A stretch of 64,000 nt of DNA from Nymphaea colorata (lineage: Eukaryota): positions 11,966,001 through 12,030,000 of the forward strand of contig NC_045138.2 of the NCBI RefSeq assembly GCF_008831285.2, read 5' to 3'. Below are positions 25,501-36,086 of the stretch, piece by piece. Position 1 is the stretch's first letter, and each line of letters opens with the position of its first letter. The position numbers and the translations under genes were made by a program. Below the pieces are notes generated by a model, which made no database searches, had not been told where the DNA came from, and was given only the letters and a program-made list of their open reading frames with translations.

Positions 25501-27180
25501 CAAACAAAATAGTGTGAACTATGTTATGGCTTCCTTTATGAGTAGCCTTCTTGAAAGAAATTCCAATTACCGTTGAACCTTGATGAGTTCCCTTTTTCAA
25601 TTAAGAAGAAGGCTTTGTTTTGGTGTGATATGACCTTCAAGAGAAGATTGAAAGGAGTGCTTAAGAAGGGAACTCATCAACCACTTACGGAAAGGAAAAA
25701 TTTTCATTGAATGCCATTTTTTAGACAAAATTCACGATGCTATTTTTTGGGAAGGTTTTTCAAAAAGGAACTCATCAAAGATTGATGGTAGGAGAAATTG
25801 GAATTGTATTCCATTCTTCCAAAAAATGATATTCACTATGCTTATCTGATAATGGTAAGCACTAATGGCATTCAATTCAATTCCAATTGATCCTTCCTTG
25901 ATGATTATGAGCTCCCTTACTAAAAATACTATACAAAAAATAATCATATCTTTGTTTGAATAATGGCATTCAATTCCAATTAATCCTTCCTTGATTACTA
26001 TGAGTTCCCTTCTTAAAAATCATAACAAAAACATAGTTTTATTTGAATAAACCCTGTGCTATGCGAATGTGTGCTTTGTAGGTCATGAGCACTGAAAAGA
26101 ATTGCACAAAGCACTCTTTTTTCAATGGTCAGGATGTCAAAGTGACATTGGAGAATCCACTTTTTCCAATGATCGAAGTGATTATAGTAATAGAAGAAAG
26201 GTGTATAGTTGTTCTCTCAGATGGGGAAGTGAAAGATGTACTAATGAGAGACGATTGACTGATGGATATAGGTGCTGCTCTTAAGGCTTTTGAGGATTGG
26301 CATAGGATCCATCCTTAATAAATAACAGAATCCAATTGTAGATAATGGTTCCTCCAATCCAGTGGATCCTAATGCTCAGCTGATTATGGGAAAGAAATGA
26401 GATGGAGTAAGAGTGACTACGCTACGTAGGCTCGAACGACCATGATTCAATGGCTTTCACCATTTTTTGCTTATTGGATGAATGAATTGCCAGATAGGCA
26501 GGCCACTTACCCTGGACATGGTAAGAATTTGTAAAAGATGCAACATGAGACTGAAAAAGACAGTAAGATACGATAGGGAAAAAAAAAGATTTTCTCTCTC
26601 CAAATCAAGCAAAGCTAAAACAGGTTGCACTATGAGTATCGAAAGGTTGCCAGATAAGATAGATAATTGTGTTTTCCTAATTTGTTCAAATGTCTACTAT
26701 CCTATTAGATAGAAGAAAGAAATAGTGTCATTTTCTCCAGTGAAAGCACCCTTTCTTTTTGAAGAAAGCGACAATTTGCCTATCATAAAGGTCATTGCAT
26801 GGAACATGGGATTTGATGAGAGATGGATTTGGATTAAAGCAATCATGATAAAAAAGATTAGTCAAAAGACTCTTAAAAAGAAGTCGTTTCTTAATAAGCT
26901 TCATAAGTGATCTTAAAAATATATAAGAAAATACCGCTATATAAGTTTTTACATCGTTTAAAATGACCAAGTGACTTTTGCTTTTGTTGCCACCATTGAT
27001 TGCCATGCATTCAAAGACTAGTCAAAAGACAATTAACAAGAAGGCTTTTCTTAATAAGCTTCATAAGTGACCTTAAATACCGCTATATAAGAATATACTG
27101 CTATATAAGTGTTCACATTACTTAAAACAACCAAGTGACTTCTGTTGTAGTTGTCGCCATTGATTGCCATGTATTCCACC
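22509..27180. other. Probable continuation of the NUMT: non-coding mitochondrial-like DNA with shuffled short repeats
   Basis: Contiguous with rps3, with no recognisable nuclear gene. 25080-27176 is a mosaic of recurring 15-45-bp motifs. Mitochondrial origin is inferred. Confidence 0.45.
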
Positions 27181-27189
27181 TCTGCACTA

Positions 27190-27713
27190 GATCTTGAAAC
27201 TATTTTTTGTTTCTTGTCCATGAGATTCCATTCTCTCCCAAGAATACAAAGAGAAAGAAGAAAATCTCATTAGGATAGCCAGCCAATCTGCATCTATATA
27301 TCGGTTTCAGAGTGAACTAGGTTTTTTGGGGGCTAACACCATTGAGCTTGTGAGACTGGACAATGTTGAACTCCACAACACCCTCAGTCCAAAGACCAGT
27401 ATTCGTAGCTTGAGTACCCAGGTACGCCTAAGGGATGATATACTACCCATCCATTGCCATGACATCCAAAAAGCAGATTTTCCTACTTGCTTGTCACTTA
27501 AAAAAAACTTAAGAAAACACTTGTCCTTCTCATTAAACCTTGATGTAGGTAAATGAAAGTAATAGGATCGACAATAATCTGCAGGTGGATGACACCACAG
27601 CCATTCAGGACTTTTGATTCCACAGGGTAAAGAGAAGGAGCTGCTGAACGAACATAGTTGTACAACTTGAAATTACACCTTAGGTTTTGATCAATCTTTG
27701 ACATCTTATCCAT
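27190..27713 (-). pseudogene. Viral ORF downstream of RNase H (ORF4-like, function unknown)
   Basis: ATG at 27713 directly after the RNase H end, reading MDKMSKIDQNLRCNFKLYNYVRSAAPSLYPVESKVLNGCGV...; frameshifted, and truncated at the NUMT junction. Confidence 0.4.
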
Positions 27714-27724
27714 ACTAGAGGGAT

Positions 27725-28987
27725 AATAGTCAAGACAAAATATCAATGATAATATTGTCATTGCCATTGATATGCTCAAAGGTGTTCCAAGAAGCATATG
27801 TAGAGATAATGTCTCTAAAGTTGAGCCATCTTCTTGCTTATGACCTTTTCTTTGTTTCATGTAATTGTGAGTGGAATTTCACAATAGGTTCGCAATTAAA
27901 CCTGATAGAAAACTGCTTTTTGCGAATAAACAATCTAAATGTTTATAATGCATATGAAATGGCTAATAATTCTATGCATATGGAAGAAATATTTCCTTTC
28001 TCCATAAATTTTCTAAACGAATATCTACATATTTCTTCAGTGGCCCTTGAATTATATTTTGAAGGTTTTCCCAATAAGGTTGCTTCCCATATGAGATACG
28101 AGTTGTCTATCTAGATAACCAAATAGTCAGTGCTAAGTGGTAATCTTAATGATTTTAGTTGGCTTACCAACTGTTTTATTTTCTTCACGCATTTAATATC
28201 TTCTTGGTTAAACAAAAGGACAATCTAAGTTTAGCATACAATCCTGCAACAAACTGATGTAGTTAGGGAATATAAGGTCAAACATAGTTTAGGATTCCCA
28301 ATCTTTAATGATTTTCATATGAGGTTGCATTTAATATAATAGTTTCCTATTTCGGTTCCTAAAAATTTTATATGAGTTTGCATTAACTCCATCATTTTCT
28401 TGGATACTATTATTCCCCTATTCCTCAAAAGTTTCAAAAATCTTTTTGAGATGATTTACATGATCATTTTTAGTTTTTGAAAACACTAAAATGGCACCAA
28501 TGTATATAATAGAAAATTCTTTGCATTTTTCCAGGGCTCTATCCATTTTCCATTGAAAAACACTTGGTGCATTTTTTAATCCAAAGGGCATTACTACCCA
28601 CTCATAATGGCCTTGGGAACATGTGAAAGCAATCCATTCAATAAAACTGTCCTCCATCCTTACTTTCCAAAAAACACTTCTACAGTCAAATTTAGAAAAA
28701 TACTTTCTATCTTGAATTCATTGTATCAAGGTATCTTTGTCAAGGATGTTCTATCCTTCATCCCTAGTATTGTCATTTGATATTCTCTAGTTGATGACCA
28801 TTCTAGATTTTTCCTGCACTTGTTCTGCATGTTTCTTAGCATTAAACGCTACAGATCTATGGAGGCTAGTACTTATTCTTATTACTTTTAAATTTAACAA
28901 TTCATTGCTATGTATAGCCATATATTTTTCTTCGTTTAATGACTGTTTAATATTGGCTGTTTTGATCTTGAGGTGAGGATTTATAAT
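27725..28987 (-). pseudogene. Caulimovirid reverse transcriptase-RNase H
   Basis: IINPHLKIKT...IRISTSLHRSVAF..KHAEQVQEKSRMVIN...FSKFDC...AFTCSQGHYEWVVMPFGLKNAPSVFQWKMD...IYIGAILVFS (YIDD decayed)...KPSKY..EEICRY...RFNCEPIVKF...RRWLNF...FEHINGNDNIIIDILS. Confidence 0.92.
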
Positions 28988-31000
28988 GTCTTTGTTTAGA
29001 TAAGGAGCTTTTTTACCTTTTTATTTTTGTAGATTTTTTTTGTTTTGTTTTACCATGAGGCTTTTCTTTGGTTGTGTCCTGTTTATTAGTTTTTTCATCC
29101 TTTGGGTAGCACCAATAGATCTTTTCACAAAAAGAGTTCCACTCTTTAATTGTCTTTGTATTTTGTTTTTTGTACATTTTCTTTCTAGAAATTTACAGAT
29201 ACAACCAATTTTGAGTGTTGTATTTTGAGAAACTTTTAAGGGTTGATTAATCCTCATGTAATCTTTTCATCCTTTTGCAACTTCTTCCCCTAAAGCTTCA
29301 GGAAGTTTTCAAAAAAGTTTTGTCTCCTTACCTCTGCCATATGAGTTTCTAGAGATAGTAGTATAATAATAGTACGCTCTTAAAAATTCTTTAATATAAT
29401 TACAGTTTGCCAAGCTAAGTTGTTCTAGCTTGCAAACAGCTTCTCATTGAGTTTCATCCATTCCAGTATTTGGACTTGTTCTAGTTAAAATCATTTGTAT
29501 TTTGAATACAAAATTATAAGGATTTATACCTCTTGATAGATATTTTTCTAATTCGTTTGGGAAATATTTTTTATATGCTTTCCATTGAGGCCTCGTAGAT
29601 TCTCTTAGATTTGTTTGTAGATAAGCAATCAATTCTCTAGCATCTTTATGTCTTAGATTTGCCTTTAAGTAGTCTTTAATTATAATGGTACCCCATTGAT
29701 CTATGGCCTGTGTGGCCATTGTTATTAGAGGTGCATGCCTCACTAAATGAAGCATGCACCTCAAGCGCTTCACTCAGCAAAACACTTCAAATCATTTGAG
29801 TGAAGCAGCCCTATCTTGATGCACACACATCAATAGGGTGAGGCACACACTTCACGCAAATGACATCTGGTGCTGAAGCATGCACTTCGGTGCAATTTCA
29901 AAAAATGGCCTCTCCTGGCCGACTAAGCTTTTCCCCAAACCATGGTAGCACCTCACTCTCCAAATAACTTCCTCTCTTCAATGATCACCAATTCCTTGTC
30001 ATATCTATTGGAAATGAGGACAACCGACAAACTTTCCTAGCTCTCACTTTTGTCTCTTTTTTCTTTTTTTAATTTTTCTAACATATTGTTAAATATATTA
30101 GTTTTTTTCTTGATATTTTTGCTTTTGATAGAGCTTACTTTCTCTCTTGTTGTGAGATTCTAATTTTCGTCATAGTGTGCCATTGTTTGTCCAAGTAGTC
30201 TGCTATAAGAAGAATCGTAATCCTTTGAATTTTCTTTTCTTATCTAATTGTTGATAGTTTATATGTTTTCCTGATTGAATCCAAGTGATTTTCTATTGTA
30301 TAGTGTGTTATGTAATAGTTTAGTAATTGTTTATAAGCTGTGAATAATGATCAATATGACCTAAATAGTTCTCTTATATTGTTGTTGCATATTAGTTATT
30401 GTTTTTTTAACATTATTTTATGAATATTATATACTTTATATTTTGGTCATGAAAATTACACTTTGCTTCGCTTCACTTCCCTTCGCCTTGCTTCATAGTT
30501 TCAATGCTTCCCTTCACCTCATCGCATCTAACAACATTTCATGTGGCCATCATTGTAGTTCTTGAGCTGCAAATTTTAGAATTCTTCCTTGAACAATAAA
30601 TTTATGATTATCTATTAATTCTAAAGGATATGGTTTTCCTCTAGGGACATAATCTTTATGAATATCTTTTATTTCTGAATATGATTGTCTGGGGGGTACC
30701 CATAATCTTTTTCTTCCATAACTACTTCAGAAACAATGAGATTACTACTACTGCATGTGAATCCATTAATTTTGTTTGCATGAAGTTTTTAATAGGAATT
30801 CCAATTAGTGAATTTATTTATGACATTGTACCAGAATCAATCTTCTGCTATAGTGGTTTTTACTCTAATATTGTTTCCATTATCTGTATAAATTTCTTGG
30901 TTTACATTTATTTGTCTTGTATCTTTTAGACAGTTTTCTAATTCTACAAGTTGTAGAATATTGTCTAATTGTATCTCTAATTTTTTGAGGAAAATAATTT
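28988..31000 (-). pseudogene. Caulimovirid coat protein, interrupted by a MITE; zinc knuckle deleted
   Basis: GRILKFAAQELQ*WP|QAIDQW...LIAYLQTNLRESTRPQWKAYKKYFP...INPYNFVFKI...KLEQLSLANCNYIKEFL.AYYYY...KLP.ALG, followed by a Lys-rich tail ending KKAPYLNKD. Confidence 0.8.
29717..30539. mobile_element. Old hAT-type MITE inserted in the viral coat protein gene
   Basis: Degenerate TIRs CATTGTTATTAGA / TCTAACAACATTT, TSD TGTGTGGC / CATGTGGC, and (C)GCTTC subterminal motifs. The CP reading resumes across the insertion. Confidence 0.75.
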
Positions 31001-31357
31001 TACTTTGATCCTTTGAATTGGTCTTTTTTCTTTACAAACAAATATTTGTTGCTAAGTTTTGATCTGGTTGGTTTGCAAGTTTTGAGGGTTGAATTATCAA
31101 TTTTCTCGATAAGTTCTTCATATTCAGGTATGAATCTTGTTTCTCCTAATTCTTTTAGTAATTTATCACATTTTATTTCTCTGTCTTCAAGTCGCTTGAG
31201 GACATGACATAATAGGCCTATTACTAGATTGAATAATTTTGGGTACTCCTTATTTGATTGAGAAGCCCTTCATATTTTGTGTATCCAGATGTAGCATGGA
31301 TTCCACCTATTTTTAATTTTGTATTATTGGTTTGATGTACAATAAATCTTATTCCAT
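31000..31357 (-). pseudogene. Small viral ORF resembling badnavirus ORF2 (virion-associated protein)
   Basis: Starts at a TAATG stop/start overlap (31359-31355). Reads ...GYTKYEGLLNQIRSTQ/KLFNLVIGLLCHVLKRLED...EELIEKIDNSTLKTCKPTRSK...*, a coiled-coil-like segment with a basic tail. The similarity is recalled and not tested. Confidence 0.45.
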
Positions 31358-31883
31358 TAACTTAATGCTATTTTTTCTATATTAACTATCATTTGTTCTA
31401 TTTAAAAAAATAGAATTAATTCAGTAAACTTATTGCTAAGTTTTTTTATGATTAGTTCTGATCTTTTTGATAGACTTGCAGTTTGTTTTTCCCACAACTC
31501 TTTCCGTTGTCATCACAAATCTTTTAATCTTTCTATATTATTAACGGATTTTATTAAGTCATTCATTTTACTTCTTTAATAGGCTCGATTTTCATTGAAT
31601 CCTTTCATGAGGTTATTTTTAGTTCAAATTGAACTACTTATAGTGTCTAAGATTGCCATATTAGATTTTTCTCTTCCATGTAGGTGTCTTCCCAAAGAGA
31701 TAAGAAAGTCTATTATGGTATTTAACTGTTCATGTCCACTTTGGTACATATGGGATATGTATGATCAAAATAACGTATATGTCCTATATTATTTTGGTCT
31801 ATTTTATGAGTTTGTTTTGGAAAACTAAGATCTAGGAAATCACGTTTTTCCATTTTCTTTTTTTCCTGGTTATTAGGCGACAT
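31357..31883 (-). pseudogene. Small viral ORF resembling badnavirus ORF1
   Basis: MSPNNQEKKKMEKRDFLDLSFPKQ...HEQLNTIIDFLISLGRHLH...; DFLDL recalls the EYLDL of badnavirus ORF1. Ends in a TAA that overlaps the next ATG. Confidence 0.4.
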
Positions 31884-32039
31884 TTATTTTGGCAAAGTAA
31901 ATTTTCGTTTATCTCTTTCTATTTCTGTCAATTTAAACAAGGCTACGTAATTCTTTTCCTGTACTAGAGGGTTTTAACTATCCCTACTTGGAGTCTAGAA
32001 AGGAGGAATTTTCTTATTTTCTGAAGTCATTTTAGAATG

Positions 32040-32400
32040 ATACAGAATGTCTTGATTGTACCCACGATCAAACATTTTTTATTTGGAGAGAGTTTGACAA
32101 TTAAGGACACAATGTCCTTGGAACACATATTTTAAAGATTAACGCATGATCTAAGAACACCATGTTTGAATATATTGTAATTACATATGAATGTTGTTCT
32201 TAGATTCAATAGTCAAAGAATGGACATTATTTTATCATATTCATTGAAGCAAAAACATGATATTATCGAAACATGTATTATAGAAGTATATGTGTCTAAG
32301 AGGCCAATCTTTGCATAGAATTGTGTGGTTTTGTTTCTATAGTCACGAATACCATGAGTTTCATAATTTTCAAGAAAATTAATGCCAATAATTTATTTTT
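32040..32400 (+). mobile_element. Possible copia integrase scrap separating two viral blocks
   Basis: GHYFIIFIEAKT at ~32222 resembles the copia G.RYFITFIDD motif; heavily decayed. Confidence 0.35.
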
Positions 32401-32439
32401 CACATTTACTCTTTTTTTTCATGATGTTAAGGTCATGTA

Positions 32440-33180
32440 AGGTGACATCAACCTTTGATGATTGGGTGTGTGAAATGTCCAAGCATGCAGCCTAACAGAT
32501 ACATTCTTTTATTGGCAAGAACACCATGCTTTGACTTTAATAGGTTCATTTTGGACTGCAGTCTGAAGGAGATCAATGACAGAAACAAACAATTCACATG
32601 GTTGAATAGATGCCAATTAGGGGTTACAAAATATTATGTAAGTTTGGTTGGGGTTTTACTACCTCCTTTTGGGAATATTTGCTGCCCCATGTCTACTCAC
32701 TTGTACCTAAGACCAAGCTCAGATTATAAGGTGCTTATTGAGAATATGGAACACTCACTCACACCACTGAAGAACAACAAAGAACTTAGACTCTTTAAAC
32801 CTTGTATTAAAGTGCACAAGGGAAAAAACATAATCAAGATTGAGTGGAGAAAGGTGTATGAATGGGTAACAAAATGTTGGACATCATGACTTGCATTATA
32901 AGGAATAATCACTGGGATTTTGTGAAGTCTAGATTGATTCATGTCTAAACAATTTTAACCAATGATCTGGTTCATATATTGCAAAAGAGGAAGAGTGAGA
33001 TCTGCTTGTTTGAAACTAGATCTTTCTAAACTGTGTGACGGAATAAGAAGATTTGCAAGGAGTAGGGATTTGAGGTAGGGGACCCCATCCTGCTTTTTCA
33101 TCCTAGTCATACAGGTGATGCCAAAGAATTCAAAGATAGAATTTCTGTTAAGATGAAGTTTTGTGTCTAGGTTCATAGGT
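32440..33180 (-). pseudogene. Unknown viral ORF following the movement protein
   Basis: Track ORFs 32955-33197 and 32724-32942 are in the same frame, separated by one stop, and coding-like sequence continues to ~32440. Confidence 0.4.
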
Positions 33181-33880
33181 GATAAAATCTTATGCATTCT
33201 TGCCTATGTCTATCTTCATAATGCATGGCGTCTCTAACGGTAGATGTTAAAGCACTCTCAATTACAATTTTCTCCTATATTTCATTTGCAAGTTCTGCAA
33301 AGTTATATGACTTAGGTTTTATGAGTCGTATTCCTTGAGATGATATGGCATCAACAATTACTTCGATGTTCAAGTTATACTCCACTTGATCATTATTGCT
33401 AAGTCGTTTTAACTATATCAATAGAGGCTAGAACGTTGTCGTTATACTCCGCTTGATCATGGTTTGGTATCCTTTTTATCATTTCTGCACCATTATTTAG
33501 GTCTACGTCTATAACCCCTAAATAAGTGCACCCTTTTGATATCTTTTATCAATTATCATAATGGAACATTTGGATTATGTATTTGGTTCGATACGAGGTC
33601 CAACTTTTACAACAGTTAAACCTATATTGATTAAATTATATCCTCCATCTTTTAACTTTTGAATACCTTGAGGACTTGAAAGAAGAATAGTTTCTTCCTG
33701 GTTTTCCAAGACAAACATGGCCATTTTTCTATTATAAATGTGTCTTTCTTGTAAGTGTCTTTGGATCGTTATGATGGTAGAGGGTTTCAGGGTTTAGGAC
33801 TTGTCTAAGTCATCTTTCTTGCTGATCTTCAAGGATATCCACAAGTTCTTCTAAATGTAGGTTATGTCTATTTGAAGGAG
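33175..33880 (-). pseudogene. Caulimovirid 30K-superfamily movement protein (badna/tungro-like)
   Basis: VLNPETLY...GIQKLKDGGYNLINIGLTVVKV...IMIIDKRY...LGVIDVDLNNGAEMIKRIPN...RLSNNDQVEYNLNIEVIVDAISSQGIRLIKPKSY. This parallels the badnavirus MP motifs EVDL..G......IPD and GRLSN......Y.I..VVDYL.S.GV. Confidence 0.82.
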
Positions 33881-34800
33881 AAGCTCAATTCACCTAAAAA
33901 GGAAAAGTGAGACTGATTACTTGAGAACCTCGTGTGACATACATGTTGTTGCAACGACACCTTCATTTTCTTTCCGTTTTGCCAAAACATCGTACTTACT
34001 TATCATTCTATCTTTTTCCAAGCTCTTTAAATCTAGTCCAAGTTCTTTAAATCTCATATGTTTTTTTTGCTTGTTGATATACAACAAGCAGAAAAACATA
34101 TATCAAATAGTGAAATAACAAAGCTATATAGAGCCGGAGATAAACGAACATATATAAGATATTGAAATAACAATATGTGTCTATACTACATATGAGAAAC
34201 AGAAAGATATGAGATAATGTTGTTATTTCATTATCTCACCTCCTTCTGATTTCACTTCCTTTTGTTTCTCTTCTGCAACATATACTAATTACTGGTACAA
34301 CATAGTAGAAATTTTTGTTAAACCAGTTCAGATTCAAACTCAAATTTGGACATGAATTTCTAAAGTTGAATCCAAATTTCCCAAGGGTAAAATTTTGAGC
34401 ATAACCTGTATTATATTTCTGATTTAAGATTGAATTCCGTCACCAAAGTCGTATGCCCCTAGTCCGGATCTGAATAAGATTTGCACCCATTTTCGTGGAG
34501 ACTAAGAATGGAGCTAGTTTCGGGTTAAGAAATCGGATTTTTGGACCCGCTGACATCCTTAAACCGAACCGTTTTGATTCCGGACTCCAATCCCGCGATA
34601 GGTACGGGTTAACTCAGGCCCGACAAGTCCGTCGCTATATTTCTCTCCACTTCGCGCCTGAAGGACCTCATTTCACGGGCCGAGTCTCTCTCTCTCTTTC
34701 TCTCTCTCCCGTAGGGTTTCTCAAGGGTTTTGGTTTCCTTCTCAGGTGTGCTTTGCTCTCGTTCTTGATCTTTCCGTTTTTAGGCCTTGTAATTTGTTCG

Positions 34801-34897
34801 ATGGCCGCGGAGTCTCTCGCACCCACTCGGAAGAAGGGAAGACAGGAAGCCAACGGAGGGTTCACCCCCTCCAAGAAATCCAAGCACTCTCTTCCCG
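34801..34897 (+). CDS. CCCH zinc finger / KH domain RNA-binding protein (KHZ1/KHZ2-like), exon 1
   Basis: MAAESLAPTRKKGRQEANGGFTPSKKSKHSLP plus G|gtattc; CT-rich leader and a telo-box (TAGGGTTT, 34712) upstream. Confidence 0.85.
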
Positions 34898-35825
34898 GTA
34901 TTCTCCTCTACAGCCGTCCCTTTCTCTCTTCTTGTCTTCTCCTTTCGTGAGTTCGATCCTTTCTCCATGGTGTGACATAGCAGCAAATGAATGCTTCTTT
35001 GGATTTTCCGTGCTTCCATTGATCTCTTTCGTGAAATAAGTTCTTTTATGTTTTCTTTTCTTATTCTCCTTTCTCTTTTTAGTTTGACGCTTGTGTGATA
35101 TATGCTGCTCGTTCCCGCATCCTTAAGGTCTCACTATAGTTTAAGATTTAGTTTTTCTGTTTCTACCCTTCCTGCTGTACTGCCAACGGGTTTGAGGATT
35201 TCTGCCCACGGATCTACTATATGCTTGAACTCAAAGTACGTACTTGGTCCGTGCTACTTCTAGGTGGTTCTTGTTCTAGCTTTCCTTTACTTCCCCTACT
35301 CTGTGGTGGTGATCTTTGATCTATTTGAGTTTTTCCACCCATTTGGGTTTGCTTATAGGTTTTCGTTTGCTTTTGTTAGTTATTCTAATCTATGAGGGAG
35401 TTTCCGTTAGTTGGTAACTATGGATCACACTATAAAATCTTAATGAGAAATTTATCGCTGGGGTCTGCTGTTGTGGCTTTGGAATTTTGATGAGAGATAT
35501 ATTTTGTTTCTACTTTATGTAGTATTTGTTATGCATTTTCATGAATGTTTGTTCAAAACTTCAAATGATCAGCAAGTTTCAGTATGTATGATCCTAGTAG
35601 TAAGGAATGTATATTCTTCTTCTTTTAAACCAATTAATCATGCTAGTATCCGTTAATTTTTACTCACTTGAAACTTTAATAATTGTGCACTAAAAAATGA
35701 CGTGGAACTGATAATAGTTTCTTATTAATGACTGAATGCATAATTTGTTGAGGCTTGTTGAATCATCGTAATCGGGCAATTTAAGGACATTCAACTGAAA
35801 CAACCTAATTCATGTCGTGTAACAG

Positions 35826-35886
35826 AAATGGAGTCCTTTTCAACTGGTATAGGAACCAAATCAAAGCCATGCACCAAGTTTTTCAG
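35826..35886 (+). CDS. CCCH/KH protein, exon 2
   Basis: aacag|AA ATG GAG...TTC AG|gttc encodes EMESFSTGIGTKSKPCTKFFS, the start of the first CCCH finger; phases fit both neighbours. Confidence 0.92.
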
Positions 35887-36086
35887 GTTCTAATCTAAAC
35901 TGTTCCAAGATAACTATGTAAATTCAATTTCTGTCATTTTGTAAATGTTCAAATACTATTGAATTTTATTTTATAAGTAGATCCACCAATAAACTGTTAT
36001 TGGAGCTAATGAATTGGAAACATAAGTTGTGATACAGGTTTTTGCTGCTTGTTGATCTAATCAAGTTAAGAAAGACATTTGAACAG

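Larger units (their letters stand above)
27185..34300 (-). mobile_element. Endogenous caulimovirid (plant pararetrovirus), degenerate, badna/tungro-related
   Basis: Movement protein, coat protein, RT and RNase H remnants are all on the minus strand with A-rich coding bias; no integrase and no LTRs. Confidence 0.9.

Noticed and set aside
25080..27176. CRISPR-like repeat-spacer array
   Set aside because: The repeats vary in sequence, spacing and orientation, the context is eukaryotic, and there are no cas-like ORFs.
28418..28657. RT fragment as part of the upstream Ty3/gypsy element
   Set aside because: It is on the opposite strand to gag, has caulimovirid-specific motifs, is linked to CP and MP, and has no integrase.
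27725..33880. Assignment to Solendovirus or Florendovirus
   Set aside because: The RNase H (CEPIVKF, RRWLNF, FEHI.G.DN) and MP motifs resemble the badna/tungro side as I recall them, and MP is neither after CP nor fused to it. A phylogeny is needed to be sure.
34056..34101. miRNA precursor
   Set aside because: The stem is short and low-complexity and I recognise no mature miRNA; it is kept only as a possible viral leader hairpin.
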